From Heptranchias perlo (lineage: Eukaryota): DNA of 64,000 bases. Positions 49,355 to 61,880 of this stretch are shown here, piece after piece. A program made the position numbers and the translations under genes. The notes under the pieces are model-generated. The model was not told the origin of the DNA. It searched no databases and saw only the letters and a list, made by a program, of their open reading frames with translations. The DNA lies in NCBI RefSeq assembly GCF_035084215.1, contig NC_090332.1, forward strand, positions 45,880,001 to 45,944,000, in the 5' to 3' direction. Each line of letters starts with the position of its first letter. Within the stretch, counting starts at the first letter, position 1.

Positions 49355-50529
49355 GGTTGCCAGAAATATTGTTCAGCACACTGTTGTAAATGCCATCAAC
49401 AGTAATGCAGGACCTGCCACACCACTCTCTATATACTATTGCAACTTTCTCCAAGTATAGGCAGCTTCAACAAACACATACAAATGCATCAGCAGCCAGA
49501 AGCAATAATCCAGCAACTAACCTGTATGATCACTTTAAATAATGCTGGTGGGGAGTCCTCCAGGCCATCTAATACCTGTTCAGCTGTGCGTGGTTAAGAC
49601 AGTGCGTTGAATTCCAAAATCATATCTGTCCCTTTCAATCAGAATTGCACACTGATCTAATGCATATTCTCCTTGCTTTACATGCTGCCGGTGCTCGTTA
49701 TTTGCGTGTGCACAAACGCCTTTACGAAGATGGCATCCGGCGCACATCACGCTAGAAGCGTGCACGCGCATTCTGAATGCCATTTTGGGTCCTTAGGAGG
49801 CCGTGCAGCGCCTACAAAACAGGCGTGTTCAATATGAACACTGACAACACCCAGCTCTGCCTCACCACCACCTCCCTCGACCCCTCCACTGTCTCTTATT
49901 TGTCACACTGCTTGTCTGACATCCAGTACTGGATGAGCAAAAATTTCCTCCAACTAAATACTGGGAAGACCGAAGCCATTATCTTCGGTCCCCGCTACAA
50001 ACTCTGTTCCCTGGCCACCGACTCCATCCCTCTCTCTGGCAACTGTTTGAGGCTGAACCAGACCGTTCGCAACCTTGGCGTCCTATTTGACCAAAATGAT
50101 CTTCCAACCACGTATCCGCTCCATCACCAAGACCACTTACTTCCACTTCCATAACAACTCTTTACCTCCTTTTAATATTTCCTTCCTCTAATAATCTTCA
50201 GGATTTTAAAACCGAAGCTTGGTTTCACCTAATCACTGCATCCAGATTCACCACATCATCTTTTTTAATCTTTCCAATCTTGGTTGTATCCTGCACAATG
50301 TTGTTGCATTGCCCCCAAACTTTGGTTTCTCACTAATAGAGAAAAACAAGCAAAAGAGTGATGGTTTGATTAGCAAAAGCAATTAGACAGGACCCAGTGC
50401 TTGGACAGCAAAAGCATCTATATCAGAAGCTAGGCTTTGAAGCAACCGTACTTGGACCACAACCAAAGCTCACATAGCACCAACTATGACCAGGACCCAG
50501 GAATTTAAAAAACAGGAAATGGGCTCAGA

Positions 50530-50730
50530 CAACACCAACAACTAGCATTTATATAGCGCCTTTAACGTAGTAAAACTTCAAGGTGCTTCACAGGAGTGTG
50601 ATCAAACAAAATTTGACACCGAGCCACGTAAGGAGACATTAGGACAAGTGACCAAAAGCTTGGTCAGAGGTCGGTTTTAAGGAGCATCTTAAAAGGAGGA
50701 GAGAGGCGCAGAGAGGCGGACAGGTTTAAG
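50530..50730 (-). mobile_element. L2 3' tail
   Basis: GCATTTATATAGCGCCTTTAACGTAGTAAAAC motif; similar to 57583-57800. Confidence 0.75.
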
Positions 50731-50999
50731 AATTAAGCCAGCCAGCATTTGGAAAGGGTTTAAACAGCACAGCATCTGAACTGAGGGCTAGGATTTGGTC
50801 AACAACAAAACCTGAAGCAGCAACCAGGACTTGGACAGCACCAGCCCCTGGCGGAGGAACTGGAGCTCAGACAGCATCCAGTGTCTGGGACTCAACTCCC
50901 CCTGAACTAGTGGCCAGGATCTGGGTAATAACAGCACCTCATTCGGATTACAAGATGAGATCACAAAATACAGATGAGTAATGTCATTTTACCCATCTT

Positions 51000-53920
51000 A
51001 CTTAGCTGATCAATCTAGAACATTCTTCAGACCCCATCATAAAATCTGTTTCTTCAATTACTAAGCTTTTGCCTCCACTACCCAGCCTATAAGTCTATTT
51101 CAAGTGTTAATTGTTTTATCTGGAGAACAATTTCCTGACATCAGCCTAAATTTGCCTTTCACCAGTTTGAACTTGTCAAATGTGCTATGGTCAAGATTTA
51201 CCTCAAATTAGAGCTCTGGATATCCTTTTCTATATTGTTTAATATCTAATATACGCTCTATTAGGTCCCAAGTTAACTCCTTTCAAGGCCAAAGAGCCCA
51301 ACTTTTGCCAGTCTTCATAGTACAATCTTTTGACTCAATGAATTATCTTTGTGGTTCTGCTCTGCACCATTTTCCCTGTGTCTTGGTGACCAAAACTTGA
51401 CATAGCATGCAAGGTGCAAGTCTGACCAAAGCACTATACAGTTTCAGTATGACATCCTCCAACTTATACTCTACTGATTTAGCACATAATACAGTATTCT
51501 ATTATCTTTGTTGATTGCTGCATCAGTGACTAGTCCTATTAAGTGCCATGTCTACTAACACTCATAGGTCTCTTTCAATTTCTTCCTTAACTAGTTCAAT
51601 ATGTTGCCCATTTTTCTTCCATTGTGCTTGTCTGTGTTGAACTTCATCTGCCACTGTTCTGCCCATTTACAGATTTTACCTAGCTCCTTTTGTAGGTCCT
51701 TGGCTACCTCATCAGATTCACTTGCATTCCCCCTCAGTTTAGTGTCATGTGCAAATTTGACCACCCTGCAATGTCACTGCTGTAAATTAGAAACAGTGGG
51801 GGCTCAACAATGTTCCTTGATGCACTCCACTTTGTACTTCCCATCTTTTTTTGAAATAAAGTATATTTTGAAATTTTAAAAGGTACACACAGTTCAAAGT
51901 AAATATCACAATTCTAAACCAGTACATTTCAAACCAAGAACATTACAGATCGTACACAAAGCGATCTCATTATTACAATTCAAACACAGTATTTCTTTTG
52001 ACTTATGGTGTACAATACAAGGTGGGGTGGCCTTACATCAGTTATGTAACAAGTACACTCTACTTTCTATTCTTCACCATTTTTTAAAATCCCTATTCAA
52101 TTCCCACTCCTTTAAGCTTATGTAGCAGTCTATTATGAGGATTTTTTCAAAGGCTTTCTGGAAGTTTAGGTACACCATGTTATAAAATATTCTAAAGCAC
52201 ATTTAAACTAGCATTTCCTCAAAGCAAAGAAGGATTTGGGCCAATGGTCTGATTACCTGCGCAGCACAATGACAAAGACCAGGATTCTGATAACAAAAGC
52301 AACACAAAGTCCAGAACTCTGACAGCATCATTTGCATATGACTGTGACCCTGACAGCTCTGGCTGCAGCACCATCAACATTAGGTTGAGAGCAGTTTCCA
52401 ATAGCAGTGCCAGGGTCAAGCAGGGATTGAGAAGCATAAGATAGTTTGACAGGACAAGCTGAGTTAGGTAGGCTACTTGTAGAATGGGGCAAACGAAGGC
52501 AGTGTTCAGTGTAAAAGTCGAAGAGCTGGGCACGTCCCTTTATTCAGTAACAGAAATCTGTTTTATTTTTGTCGGCAAGGATGGATATACCCAGACTGAG
52601 TTATAAGCAATGTATCACTTCTAGTTTGCACTCAGGGTGGGAATGTAATGAGCAAATGGAGTTGTGATTAGTTCACAATGTGATGGTATGCAACAATAAT
52701 TCCAATTTTTCAACCTCACATTTTTGACTGTGGCCCTTCATGAAGGGTGGCAAGTGATAAATATATGTATATTCTCATTCTGAACAGTAAGATAAGAGTG
52801 CTCTTTTAAAATAAAACTAAGCTAAGTATTGATGAACATTGTTGATTGACATACATTACCTTATCTTGCATTAGTTTAGTGACATTGGTTATGGTTCTAT
52901 CCTTTTCCTTTAGCTGCGTTTTCAGCTGTGCAGTTTCTTTCTCCAGCATACTTATTCTTTCCATCAGTTGTTTTCGATCATATAAGGACATCTGCAGATA
53001 TGCATGTTATAAAAGTTGTAATAAAATGTACTGAACACATCATTTATACGCAATAGATTTTTCAAATTATCAGGATATTTGAATGAATGATTCTCTGCAA
53101 CACATGAACGTGTGTAAGGTTTACCAGTCTGCAGTCCAAGATAACAATCGTGACTAAAATCATGTTGATGTTTAACTACATAACAATAGTTGCTGCATTT
53201 CATAAAAATGATTGCACCAACGCAGACCATTCAGTCCATCATGCCTCTACCCTTTCCCCATATCCTTTTGTATTCTTTCTTTTCAAATACTTATCCAGTT
53301 CCCTTTAAATTATGCTATAGTGTGTGCCTCAACAGCCACGTAGTCAAGCATTCCATGTTCCACTAAATCTGTTTGAAAAAATATCTTCCAACTTCCCCTT
53401 TTCTCTTAGTGATAATACTGAATCTTTGCCCTTGCTATTGATTCATCACTAGTAGAAACAATCTTTCACTACCTTTTCAAAACATTTCATAACTTTGAAA
53501 ACTTCTATTAGATCCTCCTTAACTTATTCTATTTCAGTGTAAAATCCACAATTTCTCAAATCTTTCTTTATAAATATAACTGCTCATTCTTGATATCATT
53601 CTAGTGAATCTTCACTGTACCCATCCAAGGTTTTACGTAAAAGTGCCCACAACTGTACGCAATACTCCACCTTCAGCCTCACCCGTGTGTTGTACAAATT
53701 CAATATTATTGTAATATTACAGCAATATTACAATGCTGCTATGCATAAAAGCCAGAATTCCATTTATGTTTTTATAGTCTTTTCTACCTTCTCGTTCACT
53801 GTTAAAGATCTATGATTCAGCTCCCCAAGATCTCTCCATTCCTCCACTCTGTTACGTCTTACCATTAGAACATACTTCAGTTTCACTGTTATTTTTCCCA
53901 AAACATACTACTGCATACTC
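51000..53920 (-). mobile_element. Several decayed CR1 fragments (about 51000-51830, 52070-52185 and 53210-53920) flanking a host exon
   Basis: Reverse-strand similarity to the CR1 RT C-terminus and tail. Confidence 0.55.
52860..52991 (-). CDS. Unknown coiled-coil gene, coding exon 2
   Basis: TGCAG acceptor; 132 nt encoding MSLYDRKQLMERISMLEKETAQLKTQLKEKDRTITNVTKLMQDK; AAG|GTAATG donor. Confidence 0.85.
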
Positions 53921-54639
53921 TGCTAAACTGTCTAAGTGCTTCTGCAATCTTCATCATTTCTCCTCACAATTTGGTATCTTCAGCAAACTTTTCTAGTTGC
54001 AAAAGTTTGGGAGTTATTCTTACAAATTCCAGTCAGAGTGACCATTCTTCTTGCCAATGAAGTGCAGGAGAAGACTATAAGTTTCTTTAATTATTCAGTG
54101 GCCCATAATGCTTTGGCTCACCATTGCATAAAATACAGTTTTGAAGCAAGGTGTGTCAGATCACTAGCAATACTACACCATATGGGTACATTTTTGACTA
54201 TTATTGATAAACATTATATGAAAATAATATTTTGGATGTATGCAATTTGAAGGAAGGTAATGAATGCAGAGTGAACTCACCAGCAGTGGAATGAATTTGG
54301 ATGGATGATCTGTGATAAAGGTTATTGATAGGGAGAATAATAGTGTGAGAGAGCCCTCCTGAGTTGATGGAAAAGATTCAGAGGTTGAATCACAAACCAC
54401 AGCACAGGTAAGAGTGATATGAGAGGAAACAAGATAGCCGTTGCTATAATGAAAGACTTTTGATGATAACTTGTTTAGAGGCAAATAGTGCCTGACTTCA
54501 TCAAAGGCTTTGAAGATATCCAAGACAATGACAAATGATTCGCCAAAGTGCTCAAGATAATATTCCAGGGGCGTACAATATAATAACGAGATCACCTGCG
54601 GAAAGGCAGTACTAAAAACTATACTGGTTATTGTGTTAA

Positions 54640-55075
54640 CCGTAGCTCAATGGTGGCACTCTCGCATCTGAGTCAGCAGATTGTTGGCTCAAGTCTCGCT
54701 CCAGAGACTTGAGCACAAAATCCAGGCTGACACTCCAGTACTGATGGAGTGCTACAATGTCAGAGGTGCCGTCTTTCAGATGAGACGTTAAACCGAGGCC
54801 TTGTCTGCCCCCTCATTTGGAAGTAAAAGGTTCCAGGATACTATTTCGAAGAACAGAAGGGAAGTTCTCCTTGGTGTCCTGGCCAATATTTAGCCCTCAA
54901 CCAACATCACCAAAAAACAGATTATCTGATCTTGATCACATTACTGTTTATGGAACCTTGCTGTGTACAAATTGCAACTGTAATTAAACTTCAAAAGTAT
55001 TTCATTTGCTGTAAAGCACTTTGGGATGACCTGAGGTCATGAAAGGCACTATATAAATGCAAGTCTTTCTTTCTT
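54640..55075 (+). mobile_element. Full-length DeuSINE/SacSINE1-like tRNA-derived SINE inserted in an old RT relic (about 54170-55340, minus)
   Basis: A-box TAGCTCAATGG, B-box-like GGCTCAAGTC, core CCTGGCCAATATTT..CCCTCAACCAAC, tail TATATAAATGCAAGTCTTTCTTTC. The family name is from recall, not a search. Confidence 0.8.
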
Positions 55076-55362
55076 TAGGGCACCACTTTCAAGATGATAA
55101 ATAATTTGAGAGTTAATAGCAACTTTCATAACTTTGGAAAGCACATATATAACAGCAACATAGTAATAGTTGGAAGAGTAAGAGGGAACACCATTCTGAG
55201 GGATGTGGTGAACAGGAGCAAATTTCCAAGAAGAAGGGAAGACACATTTGCAGATACTGATGAGACAGCATAGAACAGGAATAAGTTTGAAGGCAAACAT
55301 CTTAAGGACAATTGAACGCAATATTGCTAATAAGTCAGGATATGAAGAGAATTTCATCTTAC

Positions 55363-55638
55363 TTTAATTGAGGTATCTTTGGCAGAAAGATCATGTTTTT
55401 CTCCACCAAAGTGAATTTTCTTTGATAGTCCCAACTTCTGTACTTTAACAGCATCAAAATGTATGGTCAATGATTTTGCTTCTGGTATGGACATGGCAAT
55501 ACCAGTTATACCAGTAAAAACTGGAGGTTCTTTAGTCGGTGTATCAGGTCCTGAGGCTGCACTGTTGTGTTTCAGGTTACCAGTTGGTCGCATTGCTTCT
55601 ACTTTCACCCTGGACACTTTAGATTTGATGTCAGACAT
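55363..55638 (-). CDS. Unknown coiled-coil gene, first coding exon
   Basis: Acceptor CTAG|G at 55697/55696 and ATG at 55638. MSDIKSKVSRVKVE...KDTSIK (92 aa), then AAA|GTAAGA donor, phase 0. Confidence 0.65.
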
Positions 55639-56239
55639 TTGTCCACTAACAGCCCAGATGATATGAAGCAGCAATGTCTTTTTTTTTTGTTTATTCCTAG
55701 TTTGCAAGAGAATCAGGACAATGGTCAATAAAAATAAGCACCATAATGGTCAAGTTTTAAGTAGACATTTCTTGCTTAACTAGTTATAAAGTTTTGTTCT
55801 GTATTTAACATATTGATTGCTTTGATTAGACAATACACACACTTGTTGCAAAATGGACGATTGGGGTGACTAGTGCTTCAGTAATTAAGTTTTGTCCTTT
55901 CATCCAGAAGGGCATGTTTTACCAATTTTCAGTTCCGGTGTGGTAGCTAAGCAGTTCGCCATGGGAACACGCAGAAGTTAAAATTAGTCGGATAAGTCCT
56001 GCTCTGCAAAGCTATACCACTTGTCTGCTGCCCACTGAGCTGACATGCTTGTCTACCCGCTTAAAGGAGGTAGTACGCTAGCCAAGCCTCAAAGTGGGAA
56101 AAAAGAGTTAAACAAATAAATAAATGTTATTTTCTTTGTAAGAAAGCTTTTGATATTATTTGCATCACTGAGAATTAACGAACTTAAAGAAACACCCCCG
56201 TGCCCAAATTTGCTGAGCTCCTTCCATGATGATATGTCA

Positions 56240-56680
56240 TGTTGGGATGAAATTTCTTGGGTACCAACAGCTCTCCAGTATCTTATCCAAGAAGCAAGAA
56301 GATGATGCCATGATAGTTACCACACATAATGTGTATTCCTCTTATGTTTGTATATGGTAAGAATGGTTGCACCTTCAAGATTCAAAGGAACTACATTATC
56401 TATTGAGTTTCACCAAAAAAAAACAAATGTAGGTGTACAACTAGCACACATATTCATTCCATCAGGACCAGACGTTTTTCCATTCTTCATCATCCTGATG
56501 GCCTTGTTAGTTTCTTCAATCAAGGAGGGGGATGTTTCTGCATTATATTTGTTGAACCAATCCTGTTGTCTTTTCTTGAAAAAGTCAGCAGTGTCAGCTG
56601 GAGTGTAATACATGTTGTCACAAAAAATTATCCACTCAGTCTTGTATATCCTATCATTGTACAATGACACAATTAATTAG
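56240..56680 (-). mobile_element. Decayed RTE-like RT relic
   Basis: EETNKAIRMMKNGKTSGPDG and CGNYHGI peptides. Confidence 0.5.
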
Positions 56681-56699
56681 GTACCAAGGGTTTATAAAC

Positions 56700-58730
56700 A
56701 TATGGAAAAGAGGACTAGGAAACACCATGTAGCCTGTTCCATTCAGACATGGTGTTGCCAATGTGCACCAATCAAGCCGCAGTCATACAAACTCCCAGGA
56801 GAGGTGAAAACATTCTGTTAAATTTCCCTCTGACCCCTGAAAGCAATCAAGCAAGCTCCAGGAGACTATCATAACTGCCAACGCTAATCATTGCTAGCCC
56901 CATCTACCTTCTATGATTCAAGATTTATTCTACTCATAGGAACTCGTCTGGCTTCCTTTTGAAGACCTGTAGCAAATCCATACTCACCGCAAGTTCTGGC
57001 AATCTGTTCCAGAAGTCAATGATTCTCTGTGAATAGAAGTACTGCCTAGTGTTGAACCTAACTCTTTGTTTTCTTCTTTTGTCCTGATGCCCCTTAGTCC
57101 TTCTTTATCCGGCTCAAATATCCTATCCATCCAAACAGGACCTATTCCTTTCATAATTTTGAAGATCTCAATTATATCCCCATAAGTCTATGTTTCTCTA
57201 GTGAAACAGGTCACAGATCCCTGGGCCTGAACTGACAACTAAGTGTCCTAAGGCTCAGTATCAATCTGGTGGCCCGCCTCTGGATTTTTGCCAGGGCCTC
57301 GATATCCCTCAACATACGTGGGGACAGAACTGGGCACAGTTCCCAAGATGGGGGCCATACCAGTGTCTTATAAAGGGCAGGTATTGTATTTCTGGTTATA
57401 TATTTCACCGTTTTGGCTATACGTCCTAATACCCTATTTGTCTTCTCTACAGCCTCATGACACTGGTCATGGACCGTCAGAGTTTTATAACCAGTCCCGT
57501 GTCTGTTCCACAGTCTCTAGAACCCAGCATGGCATGTGCCTGAAATTATCATGATTATTCAAATGCATCACTCTACATTTACAACAACAATCTGCAATTA
57601 TATAGCTCCTTTAATGTAGAAAAAATGTCCCAAGGCACTTCACAGACGCATAAGGAAAAAATGAATGCTGAACCAAAGAAGGAGATATTAGGAGGGGTAA
57701 CCAAAAGCTTGCTCAAAGATATGGGTCAGGAGGGTCTTGGAGGAGGACAGGGAGGTGAAAAGATGGAGGGGTTCAGGGGGAATTCCATTGCCTGAGGCCT
57801 AGGCAACTAAAGGCACAGCCACCAATGGCAAAGGGATGCACAGGGAAAATGTAGTCTCTTTGAACAAGAGGCATTAGGGAACTGGGAGCCAATATAGGTC
57901 AGTGAGGACAGGGGTGATGGGTGAGTGGATTTTGGTGCTGGATAGGCAACAGAGTTTTGGATGAGCTGATGTTTAGCATGAAGCTGAAGGATAGTAGGCT
58001 GGCCAGAGAGTATTGAAATAGTCAAGTCTGGAGCTGACAAAGGCATGAATGAGGATTTCAGCAGCAGATGGGCTGAGGCAGGGGTGGGGCAGGCAATGTT
58101 ATAGAGGTGTAAGTAGGCGGTCACAGTTATCGACATTGTAGGACCTATGCTTCAATCACCCAATGTATCTAAATCAGCCTGCAATCTATTTACTTTGTAC
58201 AAAGTCGTAACTCCAACATACACATTTGTGTCATTGGCAAATTGAAGGATTGGACTGCCAATGCCATCATCCAAATCATTGATAAAGATGGTGAACAGCA
58301 ATGGTCTTAACATGGATATCTGGCAGGGCTCCACTAGTAACCAACCCCATGCAAAGCTGCTACCATTAAGAAGTACCCTCTGCCTACGTGAATAAAGCCA
58401 ATTTGCAATCCAGCGTAAAATTTGACCACGGAACTCAAAACTTACTTAACAACCTTTTGTACAACACTTTTTTGAAGGTTTTTTGGAAATCCAAATAACA
58501 ATGTCTACCCAGTCTACAATTGTAGACCAAGTTTGTGATTTCTTCAAAAACTCAACTAAGTTAGTGAGAGATGGCCTCTGCTTCCAAAAACCATGTTGAA
58601 AATCCCAAATAACTACTGCTCTTTCCAAACGCTCATACAGCACTCCTCGGGTAATTCCTTCAAGCAACTTTCCAATAACTGACGTCAAACTCACTGCCCT
58701 ATGTGGTCTTTGATCTCTCACTGACTCCTA
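56700..58730 (-). mobile_element. Decayed CR1 (56700-57580, 58140-58730) with a nested L2 3' fragment (57583-58135)
   Basis: CR1 motifs VSLTSVIGKLLE, LFTIFINDLD...FANDT and LYKTLV. The L2 piece carries the TATATAGCTCCTTT tail. Confidence 0.8.
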
Positions 58731-59544
58731 ACATAACTAAAAAAGTTTTGCTATTACTGCCACATCTATCAATGAATGTAGATGGAACCAACACATCTAA
58801 TATTTATGGTGAAAGATTATGCTCATGATGACATTTTCTGAGAAATCCAGTCATTTCACTTTGATCAATTCTTCTGAGTCAGGTAAAGTTGACTGTGAAA
58901 CTCACACTTTGACATTGCCCATGACAATAACAGAGTCTACTGCAAGAGTTTTAGCTATATTATCCTCAAGATCACTATGAAACTGTTTCTTTGTCATACC
59001 GTGATTGGTCATAATTAGTGCACAGACACCGATAATAACAAATAGCTTACTTTGTAACAGCATCCCATTTTCATGAGGTACTCATTTATACATTTTGGCA
59101 CACTCTCAACCTTTGCAAAAGTTTGTTATAGGTTGAAAAATCCATATTGATGATGCAAAGTTCCTTGGTAACCACCAAGCCAGAGGAATAAGCATCCAGT
59201 TCCAACTTGTATCAGATGTACATCATCAATCAACCTGACTTCAATCATTTCAGCAATGTTCACACTATATCAATTGATTTGTGTGTTAATCAGTACCATC
59301 TTTTACTCAGAGCTAGAGTCTTCTTAATGATCCTAAAGTGTTTTGATGTTCAATGATGCAACAGTTAGGTGCTGTTTCTAAATCCAACATCAAGTGGCCA
59401 GCTACATGATGGATTATCTTTGCGCATAGCCACAACTCTCAGTACCCACTGCGTCACTAGGCTGTATTTCCCAGTATATTTAATCAGGGTGTTAATGTGT
59501 CAAATGTGTTAATTTCTTTTTTATTTCTTAATATACCTGTATAG

Positions 59545-59826
59545 GTGTCAGCCTTAGCTCAGTGATAGCACTTTCACCTCTGGGTCAGAAGGTTTTGGGT
59601 TCATGCCTCACTCCAGAGACTTGAGCACATAATCTAGACTAACATTTGAGTGCAGTGCTGAAGGAGTGCTTCACTGTAGGTAGTGTCATCCTTCAGATGA
59701 GACATTTGCTACATTTCCTTACAATTACAACAGTGACTACATTTTAAAATACTTCTGTTGGCTGTAAAGTACTTTAGGATGCCCTGAGGTTGTGAAAGGC
59801 GCTATATAAATACAAGTTCTTTCTTT
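59545..59826 (+). mobile_element. Internally deleted DeuSINE/SacSINE1-like SINE
   Basis: Head and tail match 54640-55075; the middle is missing. Confidence 0.8.
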
Positions 59827-60676
59827 ATGTGCACCATAAAGGATACCTGATATGCACCAAAATATGGCTGACTTCAATTCAATTTTTTGTCTCACTGACC
59901 AGTGTTAAGTTGCATATGTGTTTTGCTATGCAACTACAAATTCGAACTACAAGTTTATCTAAATTATATTCTTCACACAATTAACTTGACTACAGTAAAA
60001 AGTTCAAATCTCTTCAGAGATAGAAAAATATGTTCTTCCATTTTCTTCATCCAAACAATAAATAGTCATAGATAATGCCCCGCTGCTACTTTTTCACCAA
60101 ACTAATCTAGTTTTCAGCATAAATGCAACACCAAATGAGAGTGTGGACCCACGCAATATGAATGAAGTTGAGGCAACAATAATATTATTGGCACAAGTCC
60201 ATTCCTTGCGTCCCTCACCACGCCCCATAGACGGATGCGCGCGCCCTCGCGCGGAGGCAAATCTCGTGCACAGTGCTCTCCACTCACATCGGAAACTTGT
60301 TTCGGACAAAATGTGAAGCAGATAGTGTAAAAATCCAGGTGAGAACGAAGCAGCGTGGCTTTAATGTCATAACGATGTTAGATTATTCTTACAGTATGAC
60401 AACTAAAAGTTATAAGAATCTGAATATATAAGAAAGAAAAAACGAAAGTTGGAAATTAGAAATAAACAGAAAATTCTGGAAATGCACAATGTTTGAAAGG
60501 GGGTTTAACATTCGCAGTGACTATTGACAACGATACGGCACTAAACGCATCCTTTAACACTTCGGTAGAGACCCGCCCTCAAACTGAGTTAAAAGTTCCG
60601 TTGAAGGGTCTCTCAAAGCGTTTTACTTGAGCAGGTGTATATTTTGAGAACTTTCTACAAATTTGTTTTATTTTAC

Positions 60677-60880
60677 CTGGAAGGTAGACTTTTCCCCCCT
60701 TAAATAGAACTACTAATTGGAGTTTCTTTGTGCTCCCGGCCCATTCCCGCACTGAGCTCCTCTGGCAGACTCACAACGGTGCGGTTGCCTAGTTACGTGG
60801 ACGCCGGCCTTGCTGCACTGCGGCGCCGGCCCGCAGAGCGCGCGAGGGAGGGAAACTAAATACTGCGACACGAAAACTGC
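60677..60880 (-). other. Putative non-coding first exon of the coiled-coil gene
   Basis: CCAG|GTAAAA donor at 60676 at the edge of the CpG-rich promoter. TSS unknown. Confidence 0.55.
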
Positions 60881-61080
60881 CTTCGCCACCAATCGACCGC
60901 CGGCCCGGAACACCCGCCCACTTCCTGCGCGCCGATTGGACAACTGCCGTCCTTTCGCGCGCCGACTCTTACGTTGCTGGAGCGAACGAGCCCGTTGATT
61001 GGCGATTAGGGATGTCAACCACAAAAAGTAGTTGCCCCTCCCGTCCCTGCTCTATCGGGTGGGTGTTATGACTCATGGTC
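60780..61080. promoter_or_regulatory. CpG-rich bidirectional promoter
   Basis: High CpG density; CCAAT at 60889; ATTGG at 60935 and 60998; ETS CACTTCCTG at 60919; GC-box-like CCCGCCC. Divergent splice donors on both sides. Confidence 0.75.
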
Positions 61081-61252
61081 GCTGGAGGCGTTGTGGGGGA
61101 ATGGCTGGAACCGGGCTACAGCACGAGGAAGATGCGGCTCTTTTAAAATTATTATAGGAGCAACAATGCGACTTTAAAGGAGTGCATTGTGGCGGCGGTC
61201 TGTAGCCGGCATATCTACTGCAGCACGAACAGGAAAGACGAGGAGAAATCCA
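61060..61252 (+). other. Putative non-coding first exon of a plus-strand gene (possibly SANBR/KIAA1841, by synteny only)
   Basis: CCA|GTGAGT donor at 61253. All ATGs in the exon meet stops before the donor. Identity rests only on the human PUS10-PEX13-SANBR order. Confidence 0.45.
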
Positions 61253-61880
61253 GTGAGTGGTTTCCCTTTAGCCGCTGCTTTAAGTCACTTTGTCGCCGAG
61301 GTGAAGGGTAGAGTATCTCCTGGGCAAACACTGGCTGCACTGAACAAATAGTTTTGAGTGAATTAGGGTGTACAGTACAAGGTCCAATTCCACATTACAC
61401 CCACCGCTCTAAGCAAGGAGTCCCAGTAAAACCGCAGCAATCTAGACTTTTGGTTTCAATCCTATTGTCAGATTGTCGGCGCTCCTGTGAGGTCCCGCCA
61501 GTCGAGTCCCCAGTGTCTAGTTCTAGTCTACTGGTCGCAGCTCGGGTTAGTGTAAACATGACAACGGGAGCGTCTTATGCTTTCATCCCATATATTTGTA
61601 GAACTCCAAAATATATTTGTGTGAGTCATAGCTTGTGAATTTTTAAGACCACCTTAACAATGCATAATTATTGTTAAAAAACACGAGTTTAAAATGGGAT
61701 CAAAGTGTGCGTGTGGTCCTCGAATAAGGAAAAATACAGTTTCAGGTTTGAGAACAACACGAAAATCACCTGATCCCCTTTTTAACACTTGGCCCCGTTT
61801 ACAACAAAATTGCAATCTAATCTTCAAATGCATGGAAACTCTACTTATAATGTAGCATGAAAGTACACTGAAATATATTT

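Larger units (their letters stand above)
45984..49824. mobile_element. PIF/Harbinger DNA transposon (two convergent genes, decayed)
   Basis: Interrupts the L2 RT just before the YADD motif. Spliced Myb/SANT-like gene on plus; DDE transposase on minus. Confidence 0.9.
43860..50152 (+). mobile_element. L2-clade LINE (EN + RT), degenerate and split by a Harbinger insertion
   Basis: EN motifs LQNVRS..NK and SDFN; RT motifs TSCSLDPIPTKLL and LDLSAAFD. Resumes at about 49825 with TDNTQL...WMSKNFLQLN.GKTE...VRNLGV. Confidence 0.9.

Noticed and set aside
50330-50940. Loosely repetitive GGACAGCA-containing tract (similar flavour at 52210-52540)
   Set aside because: Too degenerate to define a unit or coding frame by eye; probably a decayed repeat.
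60713-61024. 103-aa and 62-aa ORFs at the CpG island
   Set aside because: They have non-ATG starts and are low-information products of GC-rich promoter sequence.
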